From NCBI GenBank assembly GCA_964585835.1, contig CAZPFF010000006.1, forward strand, positions 1 through 24,229: DNA of 24,229 nucleotides, in the 5' to 3' direction. The notes beneath the pieces were generated by a model. It did not search any database and was not told where the DNA came from. It saw nothing but the letters and a program-made list of their open reading frames with translations. This document shows, piece after piece, positions 15,687-23,870 of the stretch. A program made the translations under genes and the position numbers. Within the stretch, counting starts at the first letter, position 1. The number at the start of each line of letters is the position of its first letter. Source of the stretch: an uncultured Candidatus Saccharibacteria bacterium (GTDB lineage Bacteria > Patescibacteriota > Minisyncoccia > Phycocordibacterales > GWA1-40-21).

Positions 15687-17111
15687 TTATTTATCTTCTT
15701 TTTTAACCATCTTTAACTTCAAATCGCGAAGTTGCTCGTCAGCCACAACACCCGGAGCATTCATCATGAGGTCTTGCATTTCACCAGTTTTAGCAAAGGC
15801 AATCACTTCACGAATGTTTGGTTCATTTTCCATAATCATCATCAGGCGGTCAAAGCCCCAAGCAATACCACCGTGTGGAGGTACACCAAACGAGAAGGAC
15901 TTCAACATGTGGCCATATTCACGTTCAATTTTTTCTTCATCAAAGCCCATAATTTCCAATACTTTGTGCAGGGCTTCTGGTCTGTGGTTTCTAATACTAC
16001 CACCACCGAGTTCATAGCCGTTTAGAGCGATATCGTACTGTGTGGTCAAAATGTCACCAATGTTAGTCTTGTTCATAAGGTCTGCCATATGCTCTGGCTT
16101 TGGAGCTGAGAATGGGTTGTGTGAGAAAGTCCAACCACCCTTGTCATCCTTTTCAAAGAATGGAAAATCAATCACCCAACAGAAAGCTAGAAGATTTGGA
16201 TCCTCTTTATTCTCGCGAATATCCGGCTTATCAGAACCATATTTTTCAATAGCTTCCTTGTAGGTTAAACGTGGAAATGGAACTTGTTGAATTTTCTTGT
16301 TTGGGTAAAGTTCTGTTACCAAGGCAATCAAAGCCCTTTCGTTCACATCCATGACATCCTCACGCTTTACAAAGCTCATTTCCAAGTCCATTTGAGTAAA
16401 CTCTGGTTGGCGGTCACCGCGACTATCTTCGTCACGATAACAACGAGCAAATTGGAAATACTTTTCCATACCTGCAGCCATGAGAAGCTGTTTGTATTGC
16501 TGTGGAGATTGTGGCAAAGCATAAAACTTGCCTGGTTCAAGACGTGATGGAACGATAAAGTCGCGAGAACCTTCAGCTGTGGCAGTGGTCAAAGTTGGAG
16601 TTTCAATTTCTGAAAAACCTTCTTTGGTTAGAAAGTTTCTAACATAGGTTTGGACTTTACTGCGGTTGCGAATATTCTTTTGCAAACGTGGACGACGCAA
16701 GTCCAAGTAACGATACTTGAGACGTACATCTTCACCAATATCACGACCATCGCCACGGACATCAATCGGTGGAGTTTGAGCCTCGTTCAAAACAGTAATA
16801 CCAAGGATTTCAATTTCAATTGCTCCGTTTGGTTCGTTTAGGTTCACGAGTTTTTCTGGACGAGGGTTAACTTTACCTTTGACTTCAACTACCCATTCTG
16901 GACGAATGGTGTTAGCCACTTCATGACCTTCTTTGTTGTTTGGCAGTGCTACCATCTGAACCTTGCCTGACATATCGCGTAGATCAACGAAAATAAGTTT
17001 GCCGTGATCACGACGAATATCCACCCAACCTGAGATTGTAACTTCTTGTCCCACTTTTTGTGGTAAATCTTTAATGTATGTTCTTTGCATCCCGTTAGAG
17101 ACTTTAAGCAT
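15687..17111 (-). CDS. aspS: Aspartyl-tRNA synthetase, bacterial type but short (474 aa), lacking the GAD insertion domain.
   Basis: The flipping-loop and motif-2 region LPQSPQQYKQLLMAAG...FARCYRDEDSRGDRQPEFTQMDLEMSF is near-identical to the bacterial AspRS consensus. Motif 3 is GGGSIRNHRPE. The N-terminal OB-fold anticodon-binding domain is present. The length implies the ~100-aa GAD insertion is absent. Confidence 0.9.
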   Translation of the reverse strand: MLKVSNGMQRTYIKDLPQKVGQEVTISGWVDIRRDHGKLIFVDLRDMSGKVQMVALPNNKEGHEVANTIRPEWVVEVKGKVNPRPEKLVNLNEPNGAIEIEILGITVLNEAQTPPIDVRGDGRDIGEDVRLKYRYLDLRRPRLQKNIRNRSKVQTYVRNFLTKEGFSEIETPTLTTATAEGSRDFIVPSRLEPGKFYALPQSPQQYKQLLMAAGMEKYFQFARCYRDEDSRGDRQPEFTQMDLEMSFVKREDVMDVNERALIALVTELYPNKKIQQVPFPRLTYKEAIEKYGSDKPDIRENKEDPNLLAFCWVIDFPFFEKDDKGGWTFSHNPFSAPKPEHMADLMNKTNIGDILTTQYDIALNGYELGGGSIRNHRPEALHKVLEIMGFDEEKIEREYGHMLKSFSFGVPPHGGIAWGFDRLMMIMENEPNIREVIAFAKTGEMQDLMMNAPGVVADEQLRDLKLKMVKKEDK

Positions 17112-17204
17112 TATGTATTGGTGCCAAAGTCATTTTTATTTTAATAATATCTTGTTGTAAAAATATTTTCTTAATCTCCGTCTCTAACGGGACCAGTAAA
17201 ATAT

Positions 17205-17432
17205 CAAACAAAAACGCCCTCGCAAAAAATCAAACTTTGATTTTTTGCGAGGGCGATCTTTTATGAACGCGGTACCACCTCCTTTGTTTATCAGTATGCC
17301 GATAAACCTTATTTTATAACTCTTGTTCGGGTTATTCCGAGAGGTTCTACTCAGACTAAATTAGTCCTTTCTTCCCCAAGCTTGGCTTTTGGGCCAAACA
17401 GCCGTGTTGCGGTGTCTTAACTTACAAGGATC
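17205..17432 (-). promoter_or_regulatory. T-box riboswitch leader (tRNA-sensing transcription antitermination) controlling aspS.
   Basis: On the minus strand the sequence AAAGGAGGUGGUACCGCG matches the T-box consensus AGGGUGGNACCGCG with the UGGN bulge. The antiterminator topology is GAGG[UGGUACC]GCG-loop-CGC-CCUC. Its 3' strand is the 5' arm of a perfect 20-bp terminator hairpin (CGCCCUCGCAAAAAAUCAAA/UUUGAUUUUUUGCGAGGGCG, plus coordinates 17215-17255) followed by UUUUUGUUU. The ~220-nt leader has no ORF and lies directly upstream of an aminoacyl-tRNA synthetase gene. Confidence 0.7.
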
Positions 17433-17460
17433 ATTATACTACAATTCACCAAAATGGCAA
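17433..17460 (-). promoter_or_regulatory. Sigma70-type promoter TTGCCA-16-TATAAT (minus strand) that drives the T-box leader and aspS.
   Basis: Perfect -10 TATAAT (plus coordinates 17433-17438), -35 TTGCCA (17455-17460), 16-nt spacer. It lies immediately downstream of the terminator of the preceding radical-SAM gene. Confidence 0.6.
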
Positions 17461-17490
17461 ATTAAAACCCGGGATTGCAGTAATCCCGGG
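17461..17490 (-). terminator. Intrinsic terminator after the radical-SAM gene: CCCGGGATT-gcagt-AATCCCGGG.
   Basis: A perfect 9-bp stem with a 5-nt loop, followed on the minus strand by TTTTAATTT. It sits 10 nt after the stop codon at 17501. Confidence 0.8.
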
Positions 17491-17500
17491 TAAATACCCC

Positions 17501-18061
17501 CTATTCTTTTTCTTTCAGAATGAACAATTTCTCATTTGGTGGCAGACCTTCTGGTTGTAAGAGAAGTAACTCCTCTTCTGTTAACCATCGTTTAATTTCA
17601 AGTCTTTTCCAGATGTTTGGCTTAATGGAAACAGCGTGTTTTACCCTGGAGTCGATATAGAGTCTAAAAGATTTTTCATTCGATCTTATTGAGATTAAAC
17701 TCTGAAATTTTTCAAAATCTTCAATATCTTTTAAATTTGCTTCGGCGTGCAGGGTATAATGAATTCCATCAACCATATCCAAAATTTCATTTACTCTCTC
17801 GGTAAAGAAGGCTGTGTAAAGGTAGACTTTGGAATTAGGACATTTTATCTTGACGGCTTGAAGAATATTAATTGTTGAATCAATATTCAACAATGGTTCA
17901 CCGCCAGTAAGACAAATAGAATTAAATCCTGAAATCTCAGACACATCATCGATGTATTCTGCTCTATTCAAGATTGAGCTATAGCTGTTGCAACAGCCCT
18001 GACAAGCTCTATTACAAGTAAATGTAATAATTAGCCTGGCAATATTATTTTGGTTATTCAT
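17501..18061 (-). CDS. Small radical-SAM protein of the NrdG/QueE-like family. An anaerobic ribonucleotide-reductase activating protein is the best guess, but a QueE-type enzyme is equally possible.
   Basis: Cx3Cx2C cluster motif (FTCNRACQGCC) at the N-terminus and the SAM-binding glycine motif ICLTGGEPLL. The segment ...GGEPLLNIDSTINILQAVKIKCPNSKVYLYTAFF...MVDGIHYTL aligns with E. coli NrdG (GISLSGGDPL...RAECPGKDIWVWTGY...LVDG). 186 aa. It has its own promoter (TTGACG-17-TAGTAT, plus coordinates 18165-18193) and a 7-bp inverted repeat gtctatt-gaat-aatagac (18113-18130) in the leader. Confidence 0.55.
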   Translation of the reverse strand: MNNQNNIARLIITFTCNRACQGCCNSYSSILNRAEYIDDVSEISGFNSICLTGGEPLLNIDSTINILQAVKIKCPNSKVYLYTAFFTERVNEILDMVDGIHYTLHAEANLKDIEDFEKFQSLISIRSNEKSFRLYIDSRVKHAVSIKPNIWKRLEIKRWLTEEELLLLQPEGLPPNEKLFILKEKE

Positions 18062-18203
18062 TTTGCAATTCCTTTCTTTTGCTTTCTAGGACTTTGTGTT
18101 TAGAAGATTAGTCTATTGAATAATAGACTTTCACAATTAATATGTAGGAGATAATCTGCTCTCTATACTAGCATAACTAATACAATACGTCAATATCACG
18201 CAA

Positions 18204-18392
18204 TTATTCCAACTTTATAACCTGGTCGCAGTTACAGAGCAATTCTTCCCTATTATCTGCAATCAAAACTGTGTTATTTTTATCAACAATCTTCTTTAAG
18301 ACTTTGACCAAAACTGGTAGATCACTGAGATGCAGGCCTTTTGGTCTTATTTTCCAAGCATTAGCTCCTTTGAATAATACTGAATATACCAC
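18204..18392 (-). CDS. Small hypothetical ORF (62 aa from GTG). The open frame extends to 18439 with no canonical start and contains a degenerate P-loop (DDGKSTLL). It may be a gene remnant.
   Basis: The in-frame upstream extension reads INLPEKILTDDGKSTLLSVVYS..., a Walker-A-like GKST without the preceding glycine. No ATG is present, no RBS is evident, and there is no family match. It sits between the degenerate T-box/terminator element and the radical-SAM promoter. Confidence 0.25.
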   Translation of the reverse strand: MVYSVLFKGANAWKIRPKGLHLSDLPVLVKVLKKIVDKNNTVLIADNREELLCNCDQVIKLE

Positions 18393-18465
18393 AGATAAGA
18401 GTGTTGATTTTCCATCATCAGTTAAAATTTTCTCGGGTAAATTAATCTAATAATTATTAACGAAA

Positions 18466-18553
18466 AACGCCCTCGCAAAAAATCAAAGTTTGATTTTTTG
18501 CGAGGGCGATCTTTACTTCGCGGTATCACCTCCTTTGTTTATCAGTATGCCGA
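18466..18553 (-). terminator. Degenerate partial copy of the T-box 3' module (T-box sequence plus terminator hairpin). It functions as the intrinsic terminator of the two-gene ABC operon.
   Basis: An ~88-nt near-identical copy of the 17215-17303 element, starting right after the ABC gene stop codon (18554-18556). The 20-bp perfect hairpin (18468-18508) plus UUUUUCGUU is intact on the minus strand. The tRNA-acceptor-binding bulge reads UGAU instead of UGGU, and there is no room for a Stem I that does not overlap coding sequence. Confidence 0.6.
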
Positions 18554-20377
18554 TTATTTATGAAGTCCAATCTGTAAATCATACAATCGTTTGTACTCCC
18601 CTCTCTTTTTCTTCAATAATTCATCGTGTGTGCCACTTTCTGTTATTTTACCATCTTTAAAAACGAGGATTTTATTTGCTTTTCTGACAGTGCTTAATCT
18701 ATGAGCAATAACAAAAGTGGTCTTGTTTTGCATCAAATCTTCTAAAGCTTCAGTAATTAGGCTCTCAGTACTAGCATCTAAGGCTGAAGTTGGTTCGTCA
18801 AGAATCAAAATCTTTGGATTGCGAAGCATAGCACGAGCAATAGCAACTCTCTGCTTTTGACCAACAGACAATTTTATACCTCTTTCACCGACAACTGCAT
18901 CCCAACCATCTGCCTGCTTTTCAATAAATTCGGTTAGACCAATCTTCTCGCAACAAGCCTTTACTTCTTTGTCACTAACATTAAAACTACCGTAGGAGAT
19001 ATTTTTTCTAATGGAATCATTAAACAGTACAACTTCTTGTGGTACTACGCCAATATTGCGTCGCAAAAATCCGAGATCAATTTTTCTAATATCTACGTCA
19101 TCAATTAGTATTTCACCACTCTGAGGTAGATTGTAACCTGAAATCAAGTCGATGAGCGTACTCTTGCCAACACCAGATTCTCCCACCAGAGCAATCACCT
19201 CTCCCTGTTTAACATCAAATGAAATGTCTTTCAAAATCGGGGTATCGGCGTTGTAATAAAACTCGACATTTTTTAAAGATAGATTTCCACTAATTTGATG
19301 AAGTTTTATGTATCCCTCTGGTTGATAGTTTTCGGTCGGCATTTTTAAAATCTTTTCTGTTTCAGATATAGTCACAATACCACCCACAATATCTTGCCAG
19401 TCTGACCCAAACTCCATGAGTGGACCAAAAGCCAAAGCGGTGTAAGCATTGAAAGCCAAAAGACTGCCAATGGTTATCTGTCCAGAAATAACTAGCTTGA
19501 GTGATACACAAAAAACGGCAAACTGTGTGAGTAAAATAATTGATTTCTGATAAAAGTTTAAATTGATTTTAACTGAGTCTTTTCTCAGAAAAGACGGTAT
19601 CATCCAGTCCTTAAACAGCTTACTGATTCTAGCCTTTTCATACTTCTCAGTTCCAGACTGTTTGATGGTCAGTGTGTTGTCTAAAACACCACTAAAATCG
19701 TCCCAGACTTTGTGTAGTTTCATCCAAAATTCTTCTTGGAAGTTTGCAAGTGGCTTCACTCCAATATACATAGCAATCGCAAAAACTATTAAACCACAAA
19801 TTAATGTTAGGAGTAGTGTTTGGCTAATATGATAACAAACAACAAAAGCAATAATTAAACTCAAAAATTTTGGTGCCACTCTCAAGATGCCTGTAACAAA
19901 AGTCTGACATATCGTTGCCGCCGCCATATCCATTTTGTGAGTGATTGAGCTTGGATTATTATCTTTTAGAAAAGAAATAGGAAAAAGCAAAATCTTGCCA
20001 ATGCCCTCGGCCATATAGTCGCACCAAATATTATGATTAACTGCCAAGCTTCTGATAGATATCTGCCATTCAATTACGGCCGTGGTTATCTGCACAATAA
20101 TCCATGCCGCCAACAAAGCGCCATAAAGTGGTACCGAAGAAAATAAGATGCTTACATGCTTGCCCGGTGCAATTATTGAATCAAAAAAACTACCGGTAAT
20201 ATAGGGGATAAAACCATTACCGAGCGCGGCGAGAATGGTTAAAATCGAGAGCAACCAGGTGGCTCGACTGTGCATTTTGAGATATCTAATAACTGCACCG
20301 GCCGTTAATTTGATTTTCTCCCCATTAATTTTTTTGTTTTCTTCGGCCATATTTATAAAGTACTTAATATTATACAC
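18554..20377 (-). CDS. ABC exporter, fused transmembrane and ATP-binding domains (type I exporter half-transporter). Likely the heterodimer partner of the upstream paralogue.
   Basis: N-terminal 6-TM domain. C-terminal NBD with Walker A GESGVGKST, signature LSVGQKQRVAIARAM, Walker B ILILDEPTSALD and H-loop VIAHR. The start is either GTG 20377 or ATG 20350 (MAEENKK). Confidence 0.85.
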   Translation of the reverse strand: MYNIKYFINMAEENKKINGEKIKLTAGAVIRYLKMHSRATWLLSILTILAALGNGFIPYITGSFFDSIIAPGKHVSILFSSVPLYGALLAAWIIVQITTAVIEWQISIRSLAVNHNIWCDYMAEGIGKILLFPISFLKDNNPSSITHKMDMAAATICQTFVTGILRVAPKFLSLIIAFVVCYHISQTLLLTLICGLIVFAIAMYIGVKPLANFQEEFWMKLHKVWDDFSGVLDNTLTIKQSGTEKYEKARISKLFKDWMIPSFLRKDSVKINLNFYQKSIILLTQFAVFCVSLKLVISGQITIGSLLAFNAYTALAFGPLMEFGSDWQDIVGGIVTISETEKILKMPTENYQPEGYIKLHQISGNLSLKNVEFYYNADTPILKDISFDVKQGEVIALVGESGVGKSTLIDLISGYNLPQSGEILIDDVDIRKIDLGFLRRNIGVVPQEVVLFNDSIRKNISYGSFNVSDKEVKACCEKIGLTEFIEKQADGWDAVVGERGIKLSVGQKQRVAIARAMLRNPKILILDEPTSALDASTESLITEALEDLMQNKTTFVIAHRLSTVRKANKILVFKDGKITESGTHDELLKKKRGEYKRLYDLQIGLHK

Positions 20378-20394
20378 TATTCGCCACCATTTTA

Positions 20395-22203
20395 TTATTC
20401 GTACTCGCTCTTTTGCTCATTATACATTCCTGCGTAAAGCTCGCTCTTGGCCATCAATTCTTCGTGTGTGCCCATCTCTACTATGGATTGATCTTCTAGA
20501 AGAATAATTTTATCGGCTCGGCGCAGGGTGGCAAAGTTGTGTGAGATAAGTAGAACTGATTTGTCGCTTGGCAGATTTTCAATGTTTCTGAAAATTCTAG
20601 AGGCTGATGGAGAATCTACGGCCGCGGTTGGTTCATCGAGAATATAAATATCAGCGTCACGATAAAAAGTTCTAGCTAGAGCCAACTTTTGTTTCTCCCC
20701 TTTTGATAACTCTTTTCCACCAAACTCCAAACCGATTTTTTCATCATAACCCTTTTCCCATTTTTCAATATAATCAGAAGCGGTACTTTCCTGAGCAGCT
20801 TTTTTAACCTTCTCAAGATCTATAGGCTTTCCAATCTGACCATATGAAATTGTTTTTTTAATTTCAAAATTATAAACTGTAAAATCTTGAAGTAAAACAG
20901 ATAACTTATTCCACCAAGACTTTAAATCAAAATCTTTTAGATTAACGCCATTAATTAATATTTCTCCTTCTGATGGATCGTGGATACGAAGTAATAATCT
21001 AACGACGGTTGTCTTTCCTACTCCGTTTCTACCGATTAATCCGATCTTTTCACCGGAATTGATTGTGAAGGAAATATTCTTTAGGACAAAACTGTCTGTG
21101 TTTGGATATTTAAATGACACGTTGCGAAACTCAATTTTGGGTAGTTTTGGCATTACTGTAATTGCATTCTCCTTTTGCACGACAACTGGTGTAATATTTA
21201 GTAATTCGAACATTTCATTGATATGAATGTTCTTCTCAATCATATTGGAAATATTGTATATTAACTGACTAATCACATCGTTTAGGCGAGAAACAGTTGA
21301 TACAATGAAGATAATACTACCCACACCGATTAGACCCTTCATGGACATATTTACCACCCAAAATACCACCAATATATAGCCGACTACAGCGAAAAGGTTG
21401 GCGAGTATTCTCCAGGTAGCAATTTTGCCTTCGAGAGCAATAATTTTATTGTCGATTATTATCGATGTATCACGCATTTCATCGATAACCTTGTCTTGTA
21501 CGCCAATGAATTTTGACTCAATTAGGGTAAATTTGTTGTAAAAGAAACTCTTCAGATAGGAGTACCAACGGAAACTAGCTGCATTTTCACCTATTAACTT
21601 AAATCTAGAACGGCCAAATTTAATTTCAATCAAGAAGCTTGGAATTGAAAAAGCAATTATTACCAAAATTATTTTCCAGTCAATTGACCAAATAATAGCT
21701 ATAATAGTTGCAGAAATAAATATGTATTTTATATTGGCGAATCCGCGCTCTACAAGGTCTAAGATTGGACTAGTGCCATAACGAAAGGCTCTAGAGTTTT
21801 TGTTTTGGTATTCCGGATCTTCAATGTGGGCAATATCTGCCAATCCTAATTTACTTACTACAAATATATCCAAATCACGTATCATGTTTCTGGATATATA
21901 TGCACTTAAATAGCTTATGACTTGATCAAGAACGTCAGGAATAAATAGTGTTATGGAATATGCAATTAAATAAAATAGAATTGAACTAGTATCACCATCC
22001 TTAACAAAAGTCACAACAGCATCAATCAATTGTGAGAAGTATTTGGTTCCAAAGACAGAAATGACTGCCAAGAGGACAGTGAAAACCACCCGAAGTGTCA
22101 TAGACACAGGCAATCTCTGAAAGTGAAACTTGGTCAAAAACCAGATATTAGTAAAAAAATTATTGAAACCGTTTACTTTTTCTTGTTTTTTTGTTTTATT
22201 CAT
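20395..22203 (-). CDS. ABC exporter, fused transmembrane and ATP-binding domains, with a degenerate signature motif.
   Basis: Walker A GRNGVGKTT, signature LSKGEKQKLALARTF (LSGGQ degenerated to LSKGE), Walker B IYILDEPTAAVD, H-loop LISHN. It lies 17 nt upstream of its paralogue, a layout typical of heterodimeric exporters with one degenerate site. Confidence 0.85.
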   Translation of the reverse strand: MNKTKKQEKVNGFNNFFTNIWFLTKFHFQRLPVSMTLRVVFTVLLAVISVFGTKYFSQLIDAVVTFVKDGDTSSILFYLIAYSITLFIPDVLDQVISYLSAYISRNMIRDLDIFVVSKLGLADIAHIEDPEYQNKNSRAFRYGTSPILDLVERGFANIKYIFISATIIAIIWSIDWKIILVIIAFSIPSFLIEIKFGRSRFKLIGENAASFRWYSYLKSFFYNKFTLIESKFIGVQDKVIDEMRDTSIIIDNKIIALEGKIATWRILANLFAVVGYILVVFWVVNMSMKGLIGVGSIIFIVSTVSRLNDVISQLIYNISNMIEKNIHINEMFELLNITPVVVQKENAITVMPKLPKIEFRNVSFKYPNTDSFVLKNISFTINSGEKIGLIGRNGVGKTTVVRLLLRIHDPSEGEILINGVNLKDFDLKSWWNKLSVLLQDFTVYNFEIKKTISYGQIGKPIDLEKVKKAAQESTASDYIEKWEKGYDEKIGLEFGGKELSKGEKQKLALARTFYRDADIYILDEPTAAVDSPSASRIFRNIENLPSDKSVLLISHNFATLRRADKIILLEDQSIVEMGTHEELMAKSELYAGMYNEQKSEYE

Positions 22204-22220
22204 TTGTTGAAAACTAGGAA

Positions 22221-23180
22221 CTAGTCTATATCAACCCCAACGACTTTTCTAACCGTCAGCATCTTGGCCTCGGCGCGAGCGCGGGCCTTCTCACCACCAA
22301 CTTTCAAAATATTCAAAACCTCTGGCAAATTTTTAGCGAGTTCTTTGCGGCGTTCGCGAATCGGAGCGATAAAGGCTTTGATGTCAGCTGCCAAAGCATC
22401 TTTGAGGGCTTTGTATTTACCTTTATTCTCAGCATACAGCTTGTCTAGGTATTCCTTATCACGGAAAAGATTGTGAATAGCTCGAACATTTTTGGGTTTT
22501 TCGCCAGAAGAATCAGTGACAATACTCATAACTGCTTTTTGTATTTCATCATCTTCAGCAAAGAGCTCAATCGTATTGTTGTAACTCTTGGACATCTTCT
22601 GACCATCAGTTCCCGGAACAGTTTCAACGCTTTCCAAAATATAATCCTTTGGAAGTTTAAACACTTCTTCGTTATTAGCAAAAATACGATTAAACTTTTC
22701 AGCCACATCGCGAGCGTACTCAACATGTTGCTTTTGATCTTTACCAACTGGCACCACGTCAGCATCCTGAATGAGAATATCAGCGGCCATGAGTATCGGG
22801 TAATCAAAAGTACCAACGTTTATTTCCTTGTTCTTAGCTTCAGCATCCTTGTAAGCATGAGCACGCATTAGGTATGGCATGGTGGTGATGGTGTTAAAAA
22901 TCCAACACAATTCAGTCACTTGTGGCACATCCGACTGCTTGAATAGACAAACTTTCTTTGGATCAAGACCAATCGCTAAGTAGTCTAGAGCAATATCGAT
23001 CGTTCCCTGTTTTAATTCCTGACCATTCTGGATGAGATTCATGGCATGGTAATCAGCAATAAAAACATAACAATCATGAGTGTCCTGACTGTCCACAAAT
23101 TGCTTCATGGCCCCAAAGTAGTTGCCTATATGCGGTCTTCCAGTCGGTTTGACGCCGGATAGTAAAATTTTCTTTGACAT
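22221..23180 (-). CDS. trpS: Tryptophanyl-tRNA synthetase.
   Basis: Class I HIGH motif (PTGRPHIGNY) near the N-terminus and KMSKS (QKMSKSYNN). 319 aa, typical of bacterial TrpRS. Confidence 0.9.
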   Translation of the reverse strand: MSKKILLSGVKPTGRPHIGNYFGAMKQFVDSQDTHDCYVFIADYHAMNLIQNGQELKQGTIDIALDYLAIGLDPKKVCLFKQSDVPQVTELCWIFNTITTMPYLMRAHAYKDAEAKNKEINVGTFDYPILMAADILIQDADVVPVGKDQKQHVEYARDVAEKFNRIFANNEEVFKLPKDYILESVETVPGTDGQKMSKSYNNTIELFAEDDEIQKAVMSIVTDSSGEKPKNVRAIHNLFRDKEYLDKLYAENKGKYKALKDALAADIKAFIAPIRERRKELAKNLPEVLNILKVGGEKARARAEAKMLTVRKVVGVDID

Positions 23181-23226
23181 GGGTAAATAATAACAAATAA
23201 ACTAATAAAATGGAAATACAACAATA

Positions 23227-23868
23227 TTATATTAAGCCGCTTAATTCATTAAATGAATGAACAACAATATGTTTTTTAAGAACGTTTTTATCATGTTTTA
23301 TATCATCATTTTTGTATAGTATTGTTATCCAACCCAATTTGCTTGGGATATTTAAATTTTCAATTGAATTATCGCAGAAAAATATCTTGTCGTATTTTTC
23401 TGAATATTTTTTAACATTATCATATGACGTTACATCTGGTTTTTCTAGAAAATTATTTTCTTGTATACCAAAGACCTTCTTAAAATAACCACTGACATTA
23501 TTATGTTTTAAAATTGCCTTTGCAAATTTTGATGGGCTATTTGTAAAAACAATTTTATCGTCAGATTCTATAGTTTTGAGAAAAGCTCTTAATCCTTTAT
23601 TCGACTTTACTTTTCTTTTCTTTAGATGAATTTTTAAATATGTATTTTTAACAATCTTATTAAAATCAATATCATATTCTCTTGATATGGCGAGTGCAGA
23701 TAGGTTTGTCCCCCACTTTATTTTTAATTTAGGAAGTTCGTTAATTAATTCTCCTCTCCGTTTATTAATTATACCTGATACATAATCTGAAAAAATATCA
23801 GGAAAATTATTTTTTATTCCATCATCGTTGTACAGTGTTCCGTCATTATCAAAAATCCACAGATTCAT
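23227..23868 (-). CDS. HAD-superfamily hydrolase.
   Basis: Motif I (IFDNDGTLYND, DxDGT) at the N-terminus and a motif IV-like FFCDNS near the C-terminus. 213 aa. Confidence 0.65.
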   Translation of the reverse strand: MNLWIFDNDGTLYNDDGIKNNFPDIFSDYVSGIINKRRGELINELPKLKIKWGTNLSALAISREYDIDFNKIVKNTYLKIHLKKRKVKSNKGLRAFLKTIESDDKIVFTNSPSKFAKAILKHNNVSGYFKKVFGIQENNFLEKPDVTSYDNVKKYSEKYDKIFFCDNSIENLNIPSKLGWITILYKNDDIKHDKNVLKKHIVVHSFNELSGLI

Positions 23869-23870
23869 AG

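Noticed and set aside
17265-17285. CACCTCCTTT on the plus strand resembles the 3' end of 16S rRNA (anti-Shine-Dalgarno), which could suggest an rRNA gene end or an SD mimic
   Set aside because: There is no 16S-like sequence upstream. On the minus strand the same bases are the GGUGGUACCGCG T-box core with the proper antiterminator and terminator context, which explains the motif.
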